Source: Thermodesulfobacteriota bacterium (GTDB lineage Bacteria > Desulfobacterota_D > UBA1144 > Nemesobacterales > N074bin48). Taken from it: a DNA stretch of 64,000 nucleotides. Positions 48,924 to 58,937 of the stretch are shown here, piece by piece; within the stretch, counting starts at the first letter, position 1, and every line of letters starts with the position of its first letter. The DNA lies in NCBI GenBank assembly GCA_041572575.1, contig JBFFSH010000003.1, positions 1 through 64,000 of the forward strand, read 5' to 3'. The notes under the pieces are model-generated. The model ran no database searches. It saw only the letters and a list, made by a program, of their open reading frames with translations, and was not told the DNA's origin. Both the position numbers and the translations under genes were made by a program.

Positions 48924-50141
48924 ATGGAAGAAATTAAGCATGTAGTAGAGAAAATAAAAGATAACAGAGAAGCCGGTATAGACAGTCTTCTTTCCAGGGT
49001 TAATGGAACGACTTCTAAAATAATTGAAAAAGCTTACGGCGGAAATGATATTACAGTTGATGAGGGCGAGCAGCTCTTTTTACTTGAAGACCCCGAGCAG
49101 TTAGCAGCACTTTGCCTTGCTGCTGATGATATCAGAAAAGAGGATGTCGGCGATGTTATCACTTATGTTATTAACAGAAACATAAACTTTACTAATATTT
49201 GCTACACATGGTGCGGGTTTTGCAATTTCATGGCTCCTGAGGGTGATGAAAGGGCTTACTTTCTCACAATGGATGAGATAAAGGACAAAGTGGTAGAAGC
49301 ATGGGAGCACGGCGCAACGGAAGTCTGTATGCAGGGTGGAATGCATCCTGACATAGACGGTAATTATTATGTTGACCTCATTAAAAATGTAAAAAAAGCA
49401 GTACCCGAAATGCATACTCATGCATTTTCACCATTTGAGATTTATTACGGCGCAAAAACTTTAGATATCAGTGAAGAAGATTTTATTGAGATGTTAAAAG
49501 ATGTTGGACATAACACTTTTCCCGGAACCGCAGCAGAAGTATTGGATGAAGAAGTAAGGGTTAAAATTGCGCCACGCAAGATCCCAACCGAAGTCTGGAT
49601 AAGGGTTGTTAAAAAGGCGCACAAAGCCGGAATGAGGACTACTTCTACAATTATGTATGGCCATATGGACGAGCCTAAACACTGGGCAAGGCATTTGAAT
49701 GTACTGCGCGAGATACAAAGAGAGACTGGCGGGTTCACCGAGTTTGTGCCTTTAAGATTTATACCATGGAACACAAGAATTTTTCTTAACTCTAAAGGTA
49801 AGGTACGCCCTGGCCCAACAGATCTGGATCAGCTAAAGATGTATGCTATTTCTAGGCTTATGCTAAGAGGTTATATAAACAACATTCAGGTCTCCTGGGT
49901 TAAACAAGGACCGGAATTTGCTCAGTTTTCACTCACTGCCGGTGCAAATGATTTTGGCGGCACTCTTATGGAAGAGCAGATTTCAAGAGCTGCAGGCGCC
50001 AATTTTGGTCAGTACTTCCCACCTGAGGAATTTAGAAGACTTACCTGGGAGATTGACAGGATACCAGCAGAACGGACGACTACTTACGGAATTAGAAAGG
50101 TATTCGATAAAAAAGATGATTCTGAGGCAGTAGCAAGCTAG
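48924..50141 (+). CDS. cofH: FO synthase subunit CofH (radical SAM)
   Basis: NRNINFTNICYTWCGFCNF, EVCMQGG.HP, HAFSP.E, PGTAAE and GGTLMEE.I motifs; adjacent to cofG. Confidence 0.9.
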   Translation: MEEIKHVVEKIKDNREAGIDSLLSRVNGTTSKIIEKAYGGNDITVDEGEQLFLLEDPEQLAALCLAADDIRKEDVGDVITYVINRNINFTNICYTWCGFCNFMAPEGDERAYFLTMDEIKDKVVEAWEHGATEVCMQGGMHPDIDGNYYVDLIKNVKKAVPEMHTHAFSPFEIYYGAKTLDISEEDFIEMLKDVGHNTFPGTAAEVLDEEVRVKIAPRKIPTEVWIRVVKKAHKAGMRTTSTIMYGHMDEPKHWARHLNVLREIQRETGGFTEFVPLRFIPWNTRIFLNSKGKVRPGPTDLDQLKMYAISRLMLRGYINNIQVSWVKQGPEFAQFSLTAGANDFGGTLMEEQISRAAGANFGQYFPPEEFRRLTWEIDRIPAERTTTYGIRKVFDKKDDSEAVAS

Positions 50142-50146
50142 TATCA

Positions 50147-50509
50147 TCAAGTATATGAAGTATTACTTTCTTTAGGATAGTCATCCCACCCAGGAAGGCC
50201 ATATTTTTTGTACCGATCTTTATGCCTAAGAGCCATAAAATATCCAATGAAAGCTCCAAAAAGGATGCCTTTAAATAAAGATAACTTAGCAAATCCAAAC
50301 GCTGGAACTAGTGATAATAATACAAGGCAAATTCCAGATATTAATCCCCAGACTAATCCTATAATTTGAATATTAATAAATTGGGGCGGGGGAATTTGAA
50401 ATCCTAGTTTCCATATCAATCTAAATAAAAGTGGCGCTGTTTCTGATTTTTCAACACCATTGGATTTCATTTTCTCGACAAAATGATCTACTTTTTCCTG
50501 ATGAGTCAT
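50147..50509 (-). CDS. Small membrane protein (DUF6404-like)
   Basis: APLLFRL.WKLG..IPPP.F pattern, two TMs and an LP.W..Y ending. Confidence 0.7.
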   Translation of the reverse strand: MTHQEKVDHFVEKMKSNGVEKSETAPLLFRLIWKLGFQIPPPQFINIQIIGLVWGLISGICLVLLSLVPAFGFAKLSLFKGILFGAFIGYFMALRHKDRYKKYGLPGWDDYPKESNTSYT

Positions 50510-50511
50510 TT

Positions 50512-50913
50512 CTAAACATCAATAACCGTATATTTGGTTTCGTCTTTTGTTTTGATATGACCTTCGAATTTTGATTTGAGGTATTTTTTTGTAATATTCC
50601 TGGTAAAAGGGATAAGCATTGCAAATCCAGCAAGATCAGTTAGAAGCCCGGGGGTAAGAAGAACAACCCCGCCTATAAATATTAGCAGACCGTCTACCAT
50701 TTTATCAGCAGGTATCTGTCCGCTCTGTAATTCACTTTGAATCTGCTGGAATACCAAAAACCCTTGAAGCCTAGCAAGAGAAGCTCCCAGAATTCCTGTG
50801 ATAACTACAATACCAACAGTGGGCCAAAATCCTATAACAGTTCCAATCTTTACCAGGATGAAAAGCTCTATCATCGGAATTGTAATAAATAATAGTAGAA
50901 GTTTTCCAAACAT
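50512..50913 (-). CDS. fxsA: FxsA family membrane protein
   Basis: P.IEL, TG.LG..LAR.QG and LLTPG.LTD..G motifs. Confidence 0.93.
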   Translation of the reverse strand: MFGKLLLLFITIPMIELFILVKIGTVIGFWPTVGIVVITGILGASLARLQGFLVFQQIQSELQSGQIPADKMVDGLLIFIGGVVLLTPGLLTDLAGFAMLIPFTRNITKKYLKSKFEGHIKTKDETKYTVIDV

Positions 50914-51042
50914 TATAATCTAATATGTAATACCTTTTCTGATTTAATCAAGGTAATCACTGAAATCTAATATGATTGTAGCGTATATGAAATAATTACC
51001 AAACTAGGTTATTCTATTGCGAAATTCCTACAACCGAGTTTT

Positions 51043-51768
51043 ATGATGATTAATAGAAAATATTTTATCTGCATTATTTTTTTACTTATAACCACATTGC
51101 TTTCCGGCTGTGTCTACTACAGACTCCTAAAACTAAAGCGCCAGTTTGCAAATTTTGAAGAAAACTTCGAGCTTGAAGACAAAAAAGGCCTAACTCTGGT
51201 TTTCAAAAATCCTATTCTTTATAAAGATGACATTAAGTGGCTGCTCAACAATGAACCTACAAATATTTTAGATGAAGAAGGAGATCAGAATAGCTGGATT
51301 TATATACTTACAAAGAAAAATCCAGAAGGAGTAAAAGAAGAGAAAAATTATGACATTGATATCATGATGGAGTTTGAGGACAAGAAGCTTAAAGAAACTA
51401 CACTACCAGAAAGATTTCTAGAAAACCTGTCAAAAGAGATGCTTGCGAAGATATTTAAATCCATGGGTAAATCAAAAGTTGATAAGTCGGAAAAAAAAGC
51501 CGGCACTACTATGGAGGGCAAAAAAGAAGGTCTGCCTACTATGTATGATGTCCTCCATACACTTGGCGAGCCTTATGAAAAAAAGGAAGATGAGGAAAAA
51601 ACCGAGCTTAAATATTTCTTCACTGTAAAGCAGCCTGAAAACGGTGCTGAGCTTAAACCTTTCGATCTGATTTTTGATTTTGATGTAAGTAATAAAGATA
51701 AAGTTCTCCGTAAATCTGTTGTGAATGTTAACGGACTTAAAATGGTTATGAATTTTGTTGCTGAGTAG
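51043..51768 (+). CDS. Putative lipoprotein
   Basis: Lipobox LLSG-C followed by VYYRLL.LK.Q. Confidence 0.75.
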   Translation: MMINRKYFICIIFLLITTLLSGCVYYRLLKLKRQFANFEENFELEDKKGLTLVFKNPILYKDDIKWLLNNEPTNILDEEGDQNSWIYILTKKNPEGVKEEKNYDIDIMMEFEDKKLKETTLPERFLENLSKEMLAKIFKSMGKSKVDKSEKKAGTTMEGKKEGLPTMYDVLHTLGEPYEKKEDEEKTELKYFFTVKQPENGAELKPFDLIFDFDVSNKDKVLRKSVVNVNGLKMVMNFVAE

Positions 51769-51793
51769 TTAATTGATACAGATAATTATTTCT

Positions 51794-52480
51794 ATGTTTA
51801 AGAAAATAATATTATTGATATTAATTAGTTATATTTGTATAGGTGTCTTGTATGCTGCAGATATTGAATCTAAATTTGGTTCACTAAATGAAGTAGATGG
51901 CAAACCTCATGATTTAGCATGGAGTTATGCAGAAGCATTTAAACTTAATATCAATTTACCATTTAGCAAGAAATCATATGCAGTGTTAAAAGTTTTAAAT
52001 GATTCAAACAACATCTATTTTCTGTTCAAATTCAAAACTCCTAAAGATATTGTAGGACAAAGTTTCTTTATTAGATTTAATGATAAAAACGGTAAATTTA
52101 TTTATGATGGTCAAGATGTTATAGGTATGAACCCTGTTCATAAACCCAATTACTTAATTGATAGTGTGAGGACAAGCCAACCCCCCTGTTCAATGCCAGA
52201 TGGCAAATATTATGAAGGCAAATGCGGATTCGAAGATACTAAAGTAGGGGGTACCCGCGATGGACTAGGTACATATAGTACAGATAATAACTATTCATAC
52301 TATGAATTTTCTCATCCGCTGGCAAGCAAAGATAAAGATGTTCAATTAAGACCTGGTCAAATATTCGGTATCATATTAGATCTAAGATTAATTGATAAGT
52401 CAGGTGAATACCCGGAATCGTATGGAGATACTGATTTTCCAGAATCAGGGTATTTGTCAGTCAAGTTAGCAGCGAATTAA
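51794..52480 (+). CDS. Secreted hypothetical protein (beta-sandwich, DOMON/CBM9-like pattern)
   Basis: Signal peptide ending LYA; VDG...W, ND..NIYF and YEF..PL patterns; start set at ATG 51794. Confidence 0.6.
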   Translation: MFKKIILLILISYICIGVLYAADIESKFGSLNEVDGKPHDLAWSYAEAFKLNINLPFSKKSYAVLKVLNDSNNIYFLFKFKTPKDIVGQSFFIRFNDKNGKFIYDGQDVIGMNPVHKPNYLIDSVRTSQPPCSMPDGKYYEGKCGFEDTKVGGTRDGLGTYSTDNNYSYYEFSHPLASKDKDVQLRPGQIFGIILDLRLIDKSGEYPESYGDTDFPESGYLSVKLAAN

Positions 52481-52549
52481 TTATATTGATAAATTAGAAA
52501 TGCGTAAATCACTAATATTATTAAGGCACAAGAACTGAAAAATTCTATG

Positions 52550-53476
52550 TTAATTAGTAACTTTGTCCAATTTACTTTTTAATATATCAATTTGCTCCTG
52601 AATATCTCCAATATTCTCTTCTCTTGCACTTTTTTCAATTAACAGTTCTTTAAGATCTGAAAGATATTCTACGGTTGGGCCCTCAATTGTTATTAATGAA
52701 ATCAAAGCAAGCTCTTTTTCAAAGATAGCTGTTTCGTTTTTATATTTAGACTTTAACTCACTAGTAACTTCTTCTTTGTTTTCGAAAGGTTTTATAGAAG
52801 AAATTATGTTTTTCATATTATCCGTTATTAGATCTCTATCACTACCAGGTAGCATAATGCTATAGGAATTCTCCTTAGTACTAAAATCGAAACTCAATAA
52901 ACTTGATTTTTTTCCTGAACTAACTTTCCAAAACCCCTTGAAATATTGAGAATTCACTATATAAAGTGGATATTTTTCCAAATCGTTGTTACTGGGTAAT
53001 AATATCCATTTTGCTGCAAGTTTATAGAATGAATTATAATTATATAGTGTATTCCATAAACTAAAATCGTTAAGTGTGTAGTTTGAAAACTCTATATAAT
53101 CATCTACCAGTTTTTGGTCAGTATTGTTAAAATAAATTGTAATATTTTTTCTTTCATTTGCATATTTAAACATTAGGGTTGAATGGACTGAATATTTTTC
53201 TACTTCTCGTTCCTGAATATAAACACCAGGATATATATCTACCAAATCATAACCTCTTGGTGCTAATATAAACTCTATATCACCAAAGTAGATTTTTTCT
53301 ACGTCTGTTTCTGTATATTTTATTTCAATAATTTCAGGGACATTGTTAAAAAGCTCTAACCTGTCTTCTCCGATCAGGAAATGTTTAGCGAATAGATACA
53401 AACCCAAATTACCACCAATCCATAAAATCAGAAGGACGATTAAACTTATCAGTAATATCTTTTTGGGTTTCATCAT
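52550..53476 (-). CDS. Hypothetical protein with N-terminal TM anchor
   Basis: 308-aa AT-rich ORF; no motif recognised. Confidence 0.7.
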   Translation of the reverse strand: MMKPKKILLISLIVLLILWIGGNLGLYLFAKHFLIGEDRLELFNNVPEIIEIKYTETDVEKIYFGDIEFILAPRGYDLVDIYPGVYIQEREVEKYSVHSTLMFKYANERKNITIYFNNTDQKLVDDYIEFSNYTLNDFSLWNTLYNYNSFYKLAAKWILLPSNNDLEKYPLYIVNSQYFKGFWKVSSGKKSSLLSFDFSTKENSYSIMLPGSDRDLITDNMKNIISSIKPFENKEEVTSELKSKYKNETAIFEKELALISLITIEGPTVEYLSDLKELLIEKSAREENIGDIQEQIDILKSKLDKVTN

Positions 53477-53488
53477 AGGATTGCTAGT

Positions 53489-53821
53489 TTAAGTCAAAAA
53501 TTCAATCAAATTCTTGCTTAATCCGCTTGTGTCTTTATTATTTAATTCCCCCAGTGTTTTAATTACTATTGATTTGTGAATGGTTGCAAATTTCATTCTT
53601 ATCATTGATGGTTTGGGCAGGCCACACTTTTTCCATTCAGAGATATAGTAATCTCCGAGTCGCTTCGGACTGTTCATTTGGCTTGTGATAAAAAGGATCA
53701 CTAGATCATAACCATTGTTATAGTTGTCAGGAGAAATTACAAGTGCAGGTCTCTTTTTTGTGGTTTTTAAGTCTGTGAAGGGAAACGGGACCAAGACAAT
53801 ATCCCACTTTTTATAATTCAT
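53489..53821 (-). CDS. PemK/MazF family toxin
   Basis: DIVLVPFPFTD...K.RPALVIS, ITSQ and GL.KPS.IR motifs. Confidence 0.92.
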   Translation of the reverse strand: MNYKKWDIVLVPFPFTDLKTTKKRPALVISPDNYNNGYDLVILFITSQMNSPKRLGDYYISEWKKCGLPKPSMIRMKFATIHKSIVIKTLGELNNKDTSGLSKNLIEFLT

Positions 53822-54053
53822 CGTAGATCTCATCCTCTTTATTATCCCATTCTGAGAATGAAGTTTCGGAAAGCTCCATCAAATGAATCAGTTGTTCCTG
53901 CTCTAGCGTATTTCTAATTTTCTTTTTATTATTCAGTATGTACTGATCTATAAGATCACCAACAATCGTGCTCATATTCTTTCCTTCAATCGCTGCTATC
54001 ATTTTTAGAGCCTTTCGTTTTTTATCATCGATTCTAATACTCATTACACTCAT
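53811..54053 (-). CDS. Cognate antitoxin (RHH-like N-terminus, acidic EWDN.EDE.Y tail)
   Basis: Lies upstream of and overlaps the toxin; SE.SF.EWD..ED..YD tail typical of antitoxins paired with this toxin group. Confidence 0.8.
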   Translation of the reverse strand: MSVMSIRIDDKKRKALKMIAAIEGKNMSTIVGDLIDQYILNNKKKIRNTLEQEQLIHLMELSETSFSEWDNKEDEIYDEL

Positions 54054-54062
54054 TGTGTGCCT

Positions 54063-54074
54063 CCTACATGTAGG
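54063..54074. promoter_or_regulatory. Palindromic operator candidate for the TA operon
   Basis: Perfect 12-bp palindrome CCTACATGTAGG abutting the antitoxin RBS (GGAGG, 54064-54060 on minus). Confidence 0.55.
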
Positions 54075-54149
54075 TTATATTACAAATAGTATAAAGGTGT
54101 CATTTATATTTTTCAATAATGCTCAATAGGTGTACAATTAAATTTAATC

Positions 54150-54662
54150 ATGCCCAAATCACTAATTTTATACAGACACGCAAAATCTGACTGGGGGGCG
54201 GAATCTAATTCCGATCATGAGAGGCCTCTGAATGAAAGGGGAATTGATAGCGCTGAGATTATGGGTAAGGTCTTGGCTCTTGCAAATCAGGTGCCCGAGC
54301 TTGTTATTACTTCCACAGCAGTGAGGGCAAAAGAAACACTGATATTGTCTGTAGAGTCTGGGGAGTGGAAGTGTGATGTCGAGGAAGATAGCAGGATATA
54401 TCATGAGGATACAAGCACTGTTATTGAGATAATAAAATCAGTATCTAATAAGTATGATGACATTATGCTTGTTGGCCACGAGCCCAAGTGGTCAATGCTT
54501 GCCAGTACATTCATTGGCGGGGGACAGATCAATTTCCCCACAGCATGCATGGCCAAAATAGAATTTGATATTAATAACTGGGAATTTGTTGATGCCCGCC
54601 AAGGAATCCTAAAATGGCTCCTGCAGCCCTCGTTTTTCAGAAAAGGGAAATTCGAGTTTTAG
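54150..54662 (+). CDS. sixA: SixA-like histidine phosphatase
   Basis: RHAKS, DHERPL..RG, S.A.RA.ET and LVGHEP motifs. Confidence 0.88.
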   Translation: MPKSLILYRHAKSDWGAESNSDHERPLNERGIDSAEIMGKVLALANQVPELVITSTAVRAKETLILSVESGEWKCDVEEDSRIYHEDTSTVIEIIKSVSNKYDDIMLVGHEPKWSMLASTFIGGGQINFPTACMAKIEFDINNWEFVDARQGILKWLLQPSFFRKGKFEF

Positions 54663-54764
54663 AACTGCCACTTATCGTGTATATTAAGTTGGGGACATGA
54701 TATTAATCGTGGTAATTGTTCCAAATTATTCACTTATTCTGTTTTAACTTGTAGGGGGTTAAAA

Positions 54765-57563
54765 ATGGAAAGTTTTGTCTACAACATTCTAGAATTTTTA
54801 ACTAAACCATTGTTATCATTTTATGGCTGGGTTTGGGGTATTGTTATACCCTGGGTCCAACAGCCAAGTCCATGGAGACAAAATAGAACTGAGTTTATTT
54901 CGAAATTCCCAGAAGTTGTAATAATGGGGACATATGTGAGTGCAGGGAGTAAAGCGTACTACCTGGATTCCTATATCGCAAATACGATTCATGGCAAACC
55001 CACAGATAATGTTAGCGTAACTTACGCCACCACCTATAGTGGATACTGGAAACCGGTAGATGTTCTTGTACTACACGAGACCGGGAGCATAGTGCGTCAT
55101 AGACAAATAATGGAACGACTTAGTAAAAACGGCTTTCTGGGCCCTATCGTAAAATTCGGGCAAAAATACCAGCTAATCCAGCCTGGCTATCCTCTGAGCT
55201 CCCGGCAAAGCAGGGGATTTAAAGATATAAATTTTTCATCCTCCGGGCGGCTTTTTGTAAGCAGAATTGATCCCGAAACCCAAAACGGAGAAATATATGA
55301 AATTAAGCCGCCTGAATCAGAACCTGAAATCGTAGGCTCAATTCTAAATTGTAAAGCAGTTAAATGGCTTGACATACCATCAAATATATCGTGGCAGGGA
55401 TATTTTTCATTTTCTGATGATGATGTATTGCATATCTCGGTCAACAGGCCGCGTGAAAGTGGTGAAATAAGAAAAACCAATGCCATCGTTGGGCAATCTG
55501 TTCAATCACTATCATCAATATCAATATATAAAGAACCCAATAGATCGATCCTGGGCTTTGATCTTAATGGCCCATCACAGATTTACTACACGAGCAATGT
55601 AAACCTTCTCACTGTGGCTGATATTAAGAATAATACACAGAATGATTACATGCATTTTTCAAGTCTAAATTCTTCAGTAATGCTGGACTATTCGGTAAGA
55701 AAACTTAATTTTAACAAAGTAGTTCTGACTTCTTCGGGGGTTGAACTTGATCCATTCTTAAGACTAAACCCTAAGATCAGATCACATATGGTCTGGTGGT
55801 TCATAGATGAGACTAAAAAAGATGCTGAAGGAGAGTGGCTGCCTTATGATAAGTGGCCTGCTCATGGAAAAGAGAAACTGTTTAATGCCTATAACAAAAT
55901 TAGAAATAATCAAAATCCCGATTTTCCAGAAATCTCAAAGGATATTTCTGAAGAAGGGGCTAGTAATATATATTATGCCTATACTGCTTTTTCACTTTGG
56001 GTTGAAATCAATAACAAAGTAAACTGGAGTTTACTAGACCTAAAGGGATCGGAAATCAGTAATGATGATTGTCTGTATATGATGTTGGATGGACGGCATA
56101 TGTTTATCGATATTATTAATAATGGAAACAACGAATTTATATATGGCCACCATTACAATAAAGCATACTATAGCCCAAGAAAGACTGACCATAAAATGGA
56201 TGTATTCCCGGCACAACCACGTTTTGTATTTAATTTTCTAGCACAAAATAATCTGATTAGACATAGTATAAGAGATACGGTAAAAGAAATATTAAGATGG
56301 TATGAAATAAATCTCAGTCATAGGTCAGGATGCCCTTGGGTTAATCAGCCTAAAGAATTTTTTGAAAAGCATGGAGTTGAAAATCTTTCAGAATTCATCA
56401 AAGAAAAGTTAGGTGTTAACAGCGTTTACGAAACACCTATAGAATGGGTATTAACCAAAAGGAAATATGAAACTGCTGAATTAGATTCTAAAGGTGAGTT
56501 TTATGCCTGGCATGGTTGTCATTCAGCTGCTTCCCTGACCTACGTATTTTTACATGTTCTTAATGTTCCTTCGGAGGTGTGGTCAGCAATTGTTTCACCC
56601 GGCGATTGCGGTAAAGTTGATGGAACTTGTACAAACTATGGCCACGAAGGAATAAAAATACCCACTGAAGATCTTATTTCTGAACATATGGATCATTTCT
56701 ATGCTAATCTTCATTTTTTACACGACCCCACATTTGATTTATTCAAGATATTCATGACGCGCACACAGGCTAAAAACTTTTACAAACAAATGATTACGGA
56801 TGGAGATCAGGACTATGATATAGAGCAGGCATTGTTCAGGCGGCTGGCACTTTTAGCACTACAACATCCCACAGCACTTGTAGTAATCAGGGCTTGGGTA
56901 GCTTATAATAACGCTACCAGGTTGAGTATGGCTGCAGGCAGAACCATTTCAACTGAAGAACTTACAACTGCAATATATAAAGAACTTAGAAGGGCTCTGG
57001 GTACTTCTACAGAAGATAAACTTTATCAAGAAACAAATATTCGGCCTACACGAATTCCGCAGGATCTTTTCAAAGAATTAGACAAGTATAAACCAGCTGA
57101 CGGAAGAAAAGATCTGCCGTCAGATTCTTTAGTACGCAAATTCCTCAATGATTTTAATAAGGCTGTCTATAATACCGCGACTATTATGTCAAAAGTAGTC
57201 AAGGATGAAAATGGCAAAGATACGATTGCATGGATAGTTGCCACAGAAGATGAATCTACAAATACTAGTCATAAATATTATTTAAGAAAATTTTCTCATA
57301 TCGGACAAGTGTGGATTAAAATTCATACAGTACAGTACGTAGAATATACATATTATCGCGTCAATGAACCAACGAGTGAACCTGAGACTCATCTAGCAAA
57401 AGACTATATCTCCAAAAAACATGCAATCAAAAAATCTGAGCTTTTAAAAATATCTCGGGATCTGGTAACACATATACAGAATAATGAACAGATGGGTCTT
57501 AAGATCGAAGATTTTGAGGCTAAGTATGATCAGTGGTCGGGCGGCAAATATAGCTGGGGATAA
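54765..57563 (+). CDS. Large orphan protein with beta-propeller-like region and transglutaminase-like domain
   Basis: 932-aa ORF with GGGG RBS; GCHSAASL...LHVLNVP (Cys585), GHEG (His627) and HMD (Asp643). Confidence 0.75.
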   Translation: MESFVYNILEFLTKPLLSFYGWVWGIVIPWVQQPSPWRQNRTEFISKFPEVVIMGTYVSAGSKAYYLDSYIANTIHGKPTDNVSVTYATTYSGYWKPVDVLVLHETGSIVRHRQIMERLSKNGFLGPIVKFGQKYQLIQPGYPLSSRQSRGFKDINFSSSGRLFVSRIDPETQNGEIYEIKPPESEPEIVGSILNCKAVKWLDIPSNISWQGYFSFSDDDVLHISVNRPRESGEIRKTNAIVGQSVQSLSSISIYKEPNRSILGFDLNGPSQIYYTSNVNLLTVADIKNNTQNDYMHFSSLNSSVMLDYSVRKLNFNKVVLTSSGVELDPFLRLNPKIRSHMVWWFIDETKKDAEGEWLPYDKWPAHGKEKLFNAYNKIRNNQNPDFPEISKDISEEGASNIYYAYTAFSLWVEINNKVNWSLLDLKGSEISNDDCLYMMLDGRHMFIDIINNGNNEFIYGHHYNKAYYSPRKTDHKMDVFPAQPRFVFNFLAQNNLIRHSIRDTVKEILRWYEINLSHRSGCPWVNQPKEFFEKHGVENLSEFIKEKLGVNSVYETPIEWVLTKRKYETAELDSKGEFYAWHGCHSAASLTYVFLHVLNVPSEVWSAIVSPGDCGKVDGTCTNYGHEGIKIPTEDLISEHMDHFYANLHFLHDPTFDLFKIFMTRTQAKNFYKQMITDGDQDYDIEQALFRRLALLALQHPTALVVIRAWVAYNNATRLSMAAGRTISTEELTTAIYKELRRALGTSTEDKLYQETNIRPTRIPQDLFKELDKYKPADGRKDLPSDSLVRKFLNDFNKAVYNTATIMSKVVKDENGKDTIAWIVATEDESTNTSHKYYLRKFSHIGQVWIKIHTVQYVEYTYYRVNEPTSEPETHLAKDYISKKHAIKKSELLKISRDLVTHIQNNEQMGLKIEDFEAKYDQWSGGKYSWG

Positions 57564-57735
57564 GACTTAGACAATCCTTTACGTATAAAGACCATAAGAT
57601 TGTTGGATAAGTTATATGAGTAACTAATATAAGCTTATCTCGGATTAAATTCCTACAATTGAATTAAAAAAATCTTCTCCAAATAAAAATGGATGTATAA
57701 TTTGCTTTATATGTTCATTTTTAAGGAGAGGGGAA

Positions 57736-57939
57736 ATGTATATCTGTTCTAGATGCTACTACTCCGGGCTTCCGACAGGTGGAGCGGTTGAAGCTAAATC
57801 TGGTGGACTATCAGGATTTATTAATTCACTGTTTGGTTCCGGAAATAAAAAATTATCTTGTCCTAATTGTGAGAAAGAAACTTTCATATCTCTAGTTTCT
57901 GATGAGGGAAAAGAAATTCTGGATTCTGTTACCAAATAA
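57736..57939 (+). CDS. Small zinc-ribbon protein
   Basis: CSRC...CPNC; strong AAGGAG RBS. Confidence 0.7.
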   Translation: MYICSRCYYSGLPTGGAVEAKSGGLSGFINSLFGSGNKKLSCPNCEKETFISLVSDEGKEILDSVTK

Positions 57940-57950
57940 CCCTGATTAAT

Positions 57951-58937
57951 TTACTTGTTTACATAACCATTTTCCTTGTACCAATTAATAGTCTTTTCTA
58001 AAGCCTCTCTGATCGGCATGAATTTTATTCCCAGTTCGTCAGTAGCTTTTATGTTGGATGCGCTTGCACCTTTTTCCATGGCATTTACAGCGTCTACTGC
58101 AAGTTTGGGAGATACTCCTGTTACAGAAGCTTTTATTTCCATTATATGAGCAATGAGCTTTATCATAAAAGGAGGCATTTGAAATGAGGGAATAGGATCG
58201 CCAGTGATTTCATGAGCCATTTTATATACATCAATGATTTTCAGGTTTTCACTTACAAGAATATATTTCTGACCGGATTTTGCTTTTTCTGCAGCAATAA
58301 TATGGGCATCAACTACATCATCGATATAAACAAGAGGTACATAACTTTCATCAAATGCCCGGAACTTGAGTTTTCTATTGAGAAATTCTATTAGCATTTT
58401 TCCAAAAGTTTTAAAATCCCCCGGGCCAATAACAACTCCGGGATTTAGAACAGAAATGTCCATCTTATTGGTTTTTGCAAATTTTAGAACTTCCTGCTCA
58501 GCAAGATATTTCGACTTACCATAAGAGCTTTCAATCTCTCCACAGTGTTCCAGATCTTCCTTAGCTAATACCCCATGAGGCTGTCTTATAGCGGCAACAG
58601 AGCTTGTGAATATTACTTTTTTTACTCCTGATTTTTTGGCTTCTTTAAGCAGATTTTTTGTTCCAGTTACATTTACATCGATATATTTGCTCTTATCCCT
58701 TAACCACCATCTGGATATATTTGCTAGATGAAAAAGAGTATCACAGCCTCTCATCGCACCCTCTATTGAATTTACATCTGTAACATCTCCTTCATGTATT
58801 GTTACTCCCAGCTCGGTTAATTCTTTTGCCTTGTATCTATTTCTTACAAGTGCTGTAACATTAAACTTATTTTCGACCAGTTTCTTAGTAAGCTGCCTGC
58901 CTATAAATCCCGTGGCTCCCGTGATAAATATATTCAT
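57951..58937 (-). CDS. NAD-dependent epimerase/dehydratase (HpnA/dihydroflavonol reductase-like)
   Basis: TGATGFIG, FHLA, NV.GT, TSS and YGKSK catalytic motifs. Confidence 0.9.
   Translation of the reverse strand: MNIFITGATGFIGRQLTKKLVENKFNVTALVRNRYKAKELTELGVTIHEGDVTDVNSIEGAMRGCDTLFHLANISRWWLRDKSKYIDVNVTGTKNLLKEAKKSGVKKVIFTSSVAAIRQPHGVLAKEDLEHCGEIESSYGKSKYLAEQEVLKFAKTNKMDISVLNPGVVIGPGDFKTFGKMLIEFLNRKLKFRAFDESYVPLVYIDDVVDAHIIAAEKAKSGQKYILVSENLKIIDVYKMAHEITGDPIPSFQMPPFMIKLIAHIMEIKASVTGVSPKLAVDAVNAMEKGASASNIKATDELGIKFMPIREALEKTINWYKENGYVNK

Noticed and set aside
48924..50141. Alternative call as MqnC/MqnE (futalosine pathway)
   Set aside because: EVCMQGG motif and adjacency to cofG and cofD favour CofH.
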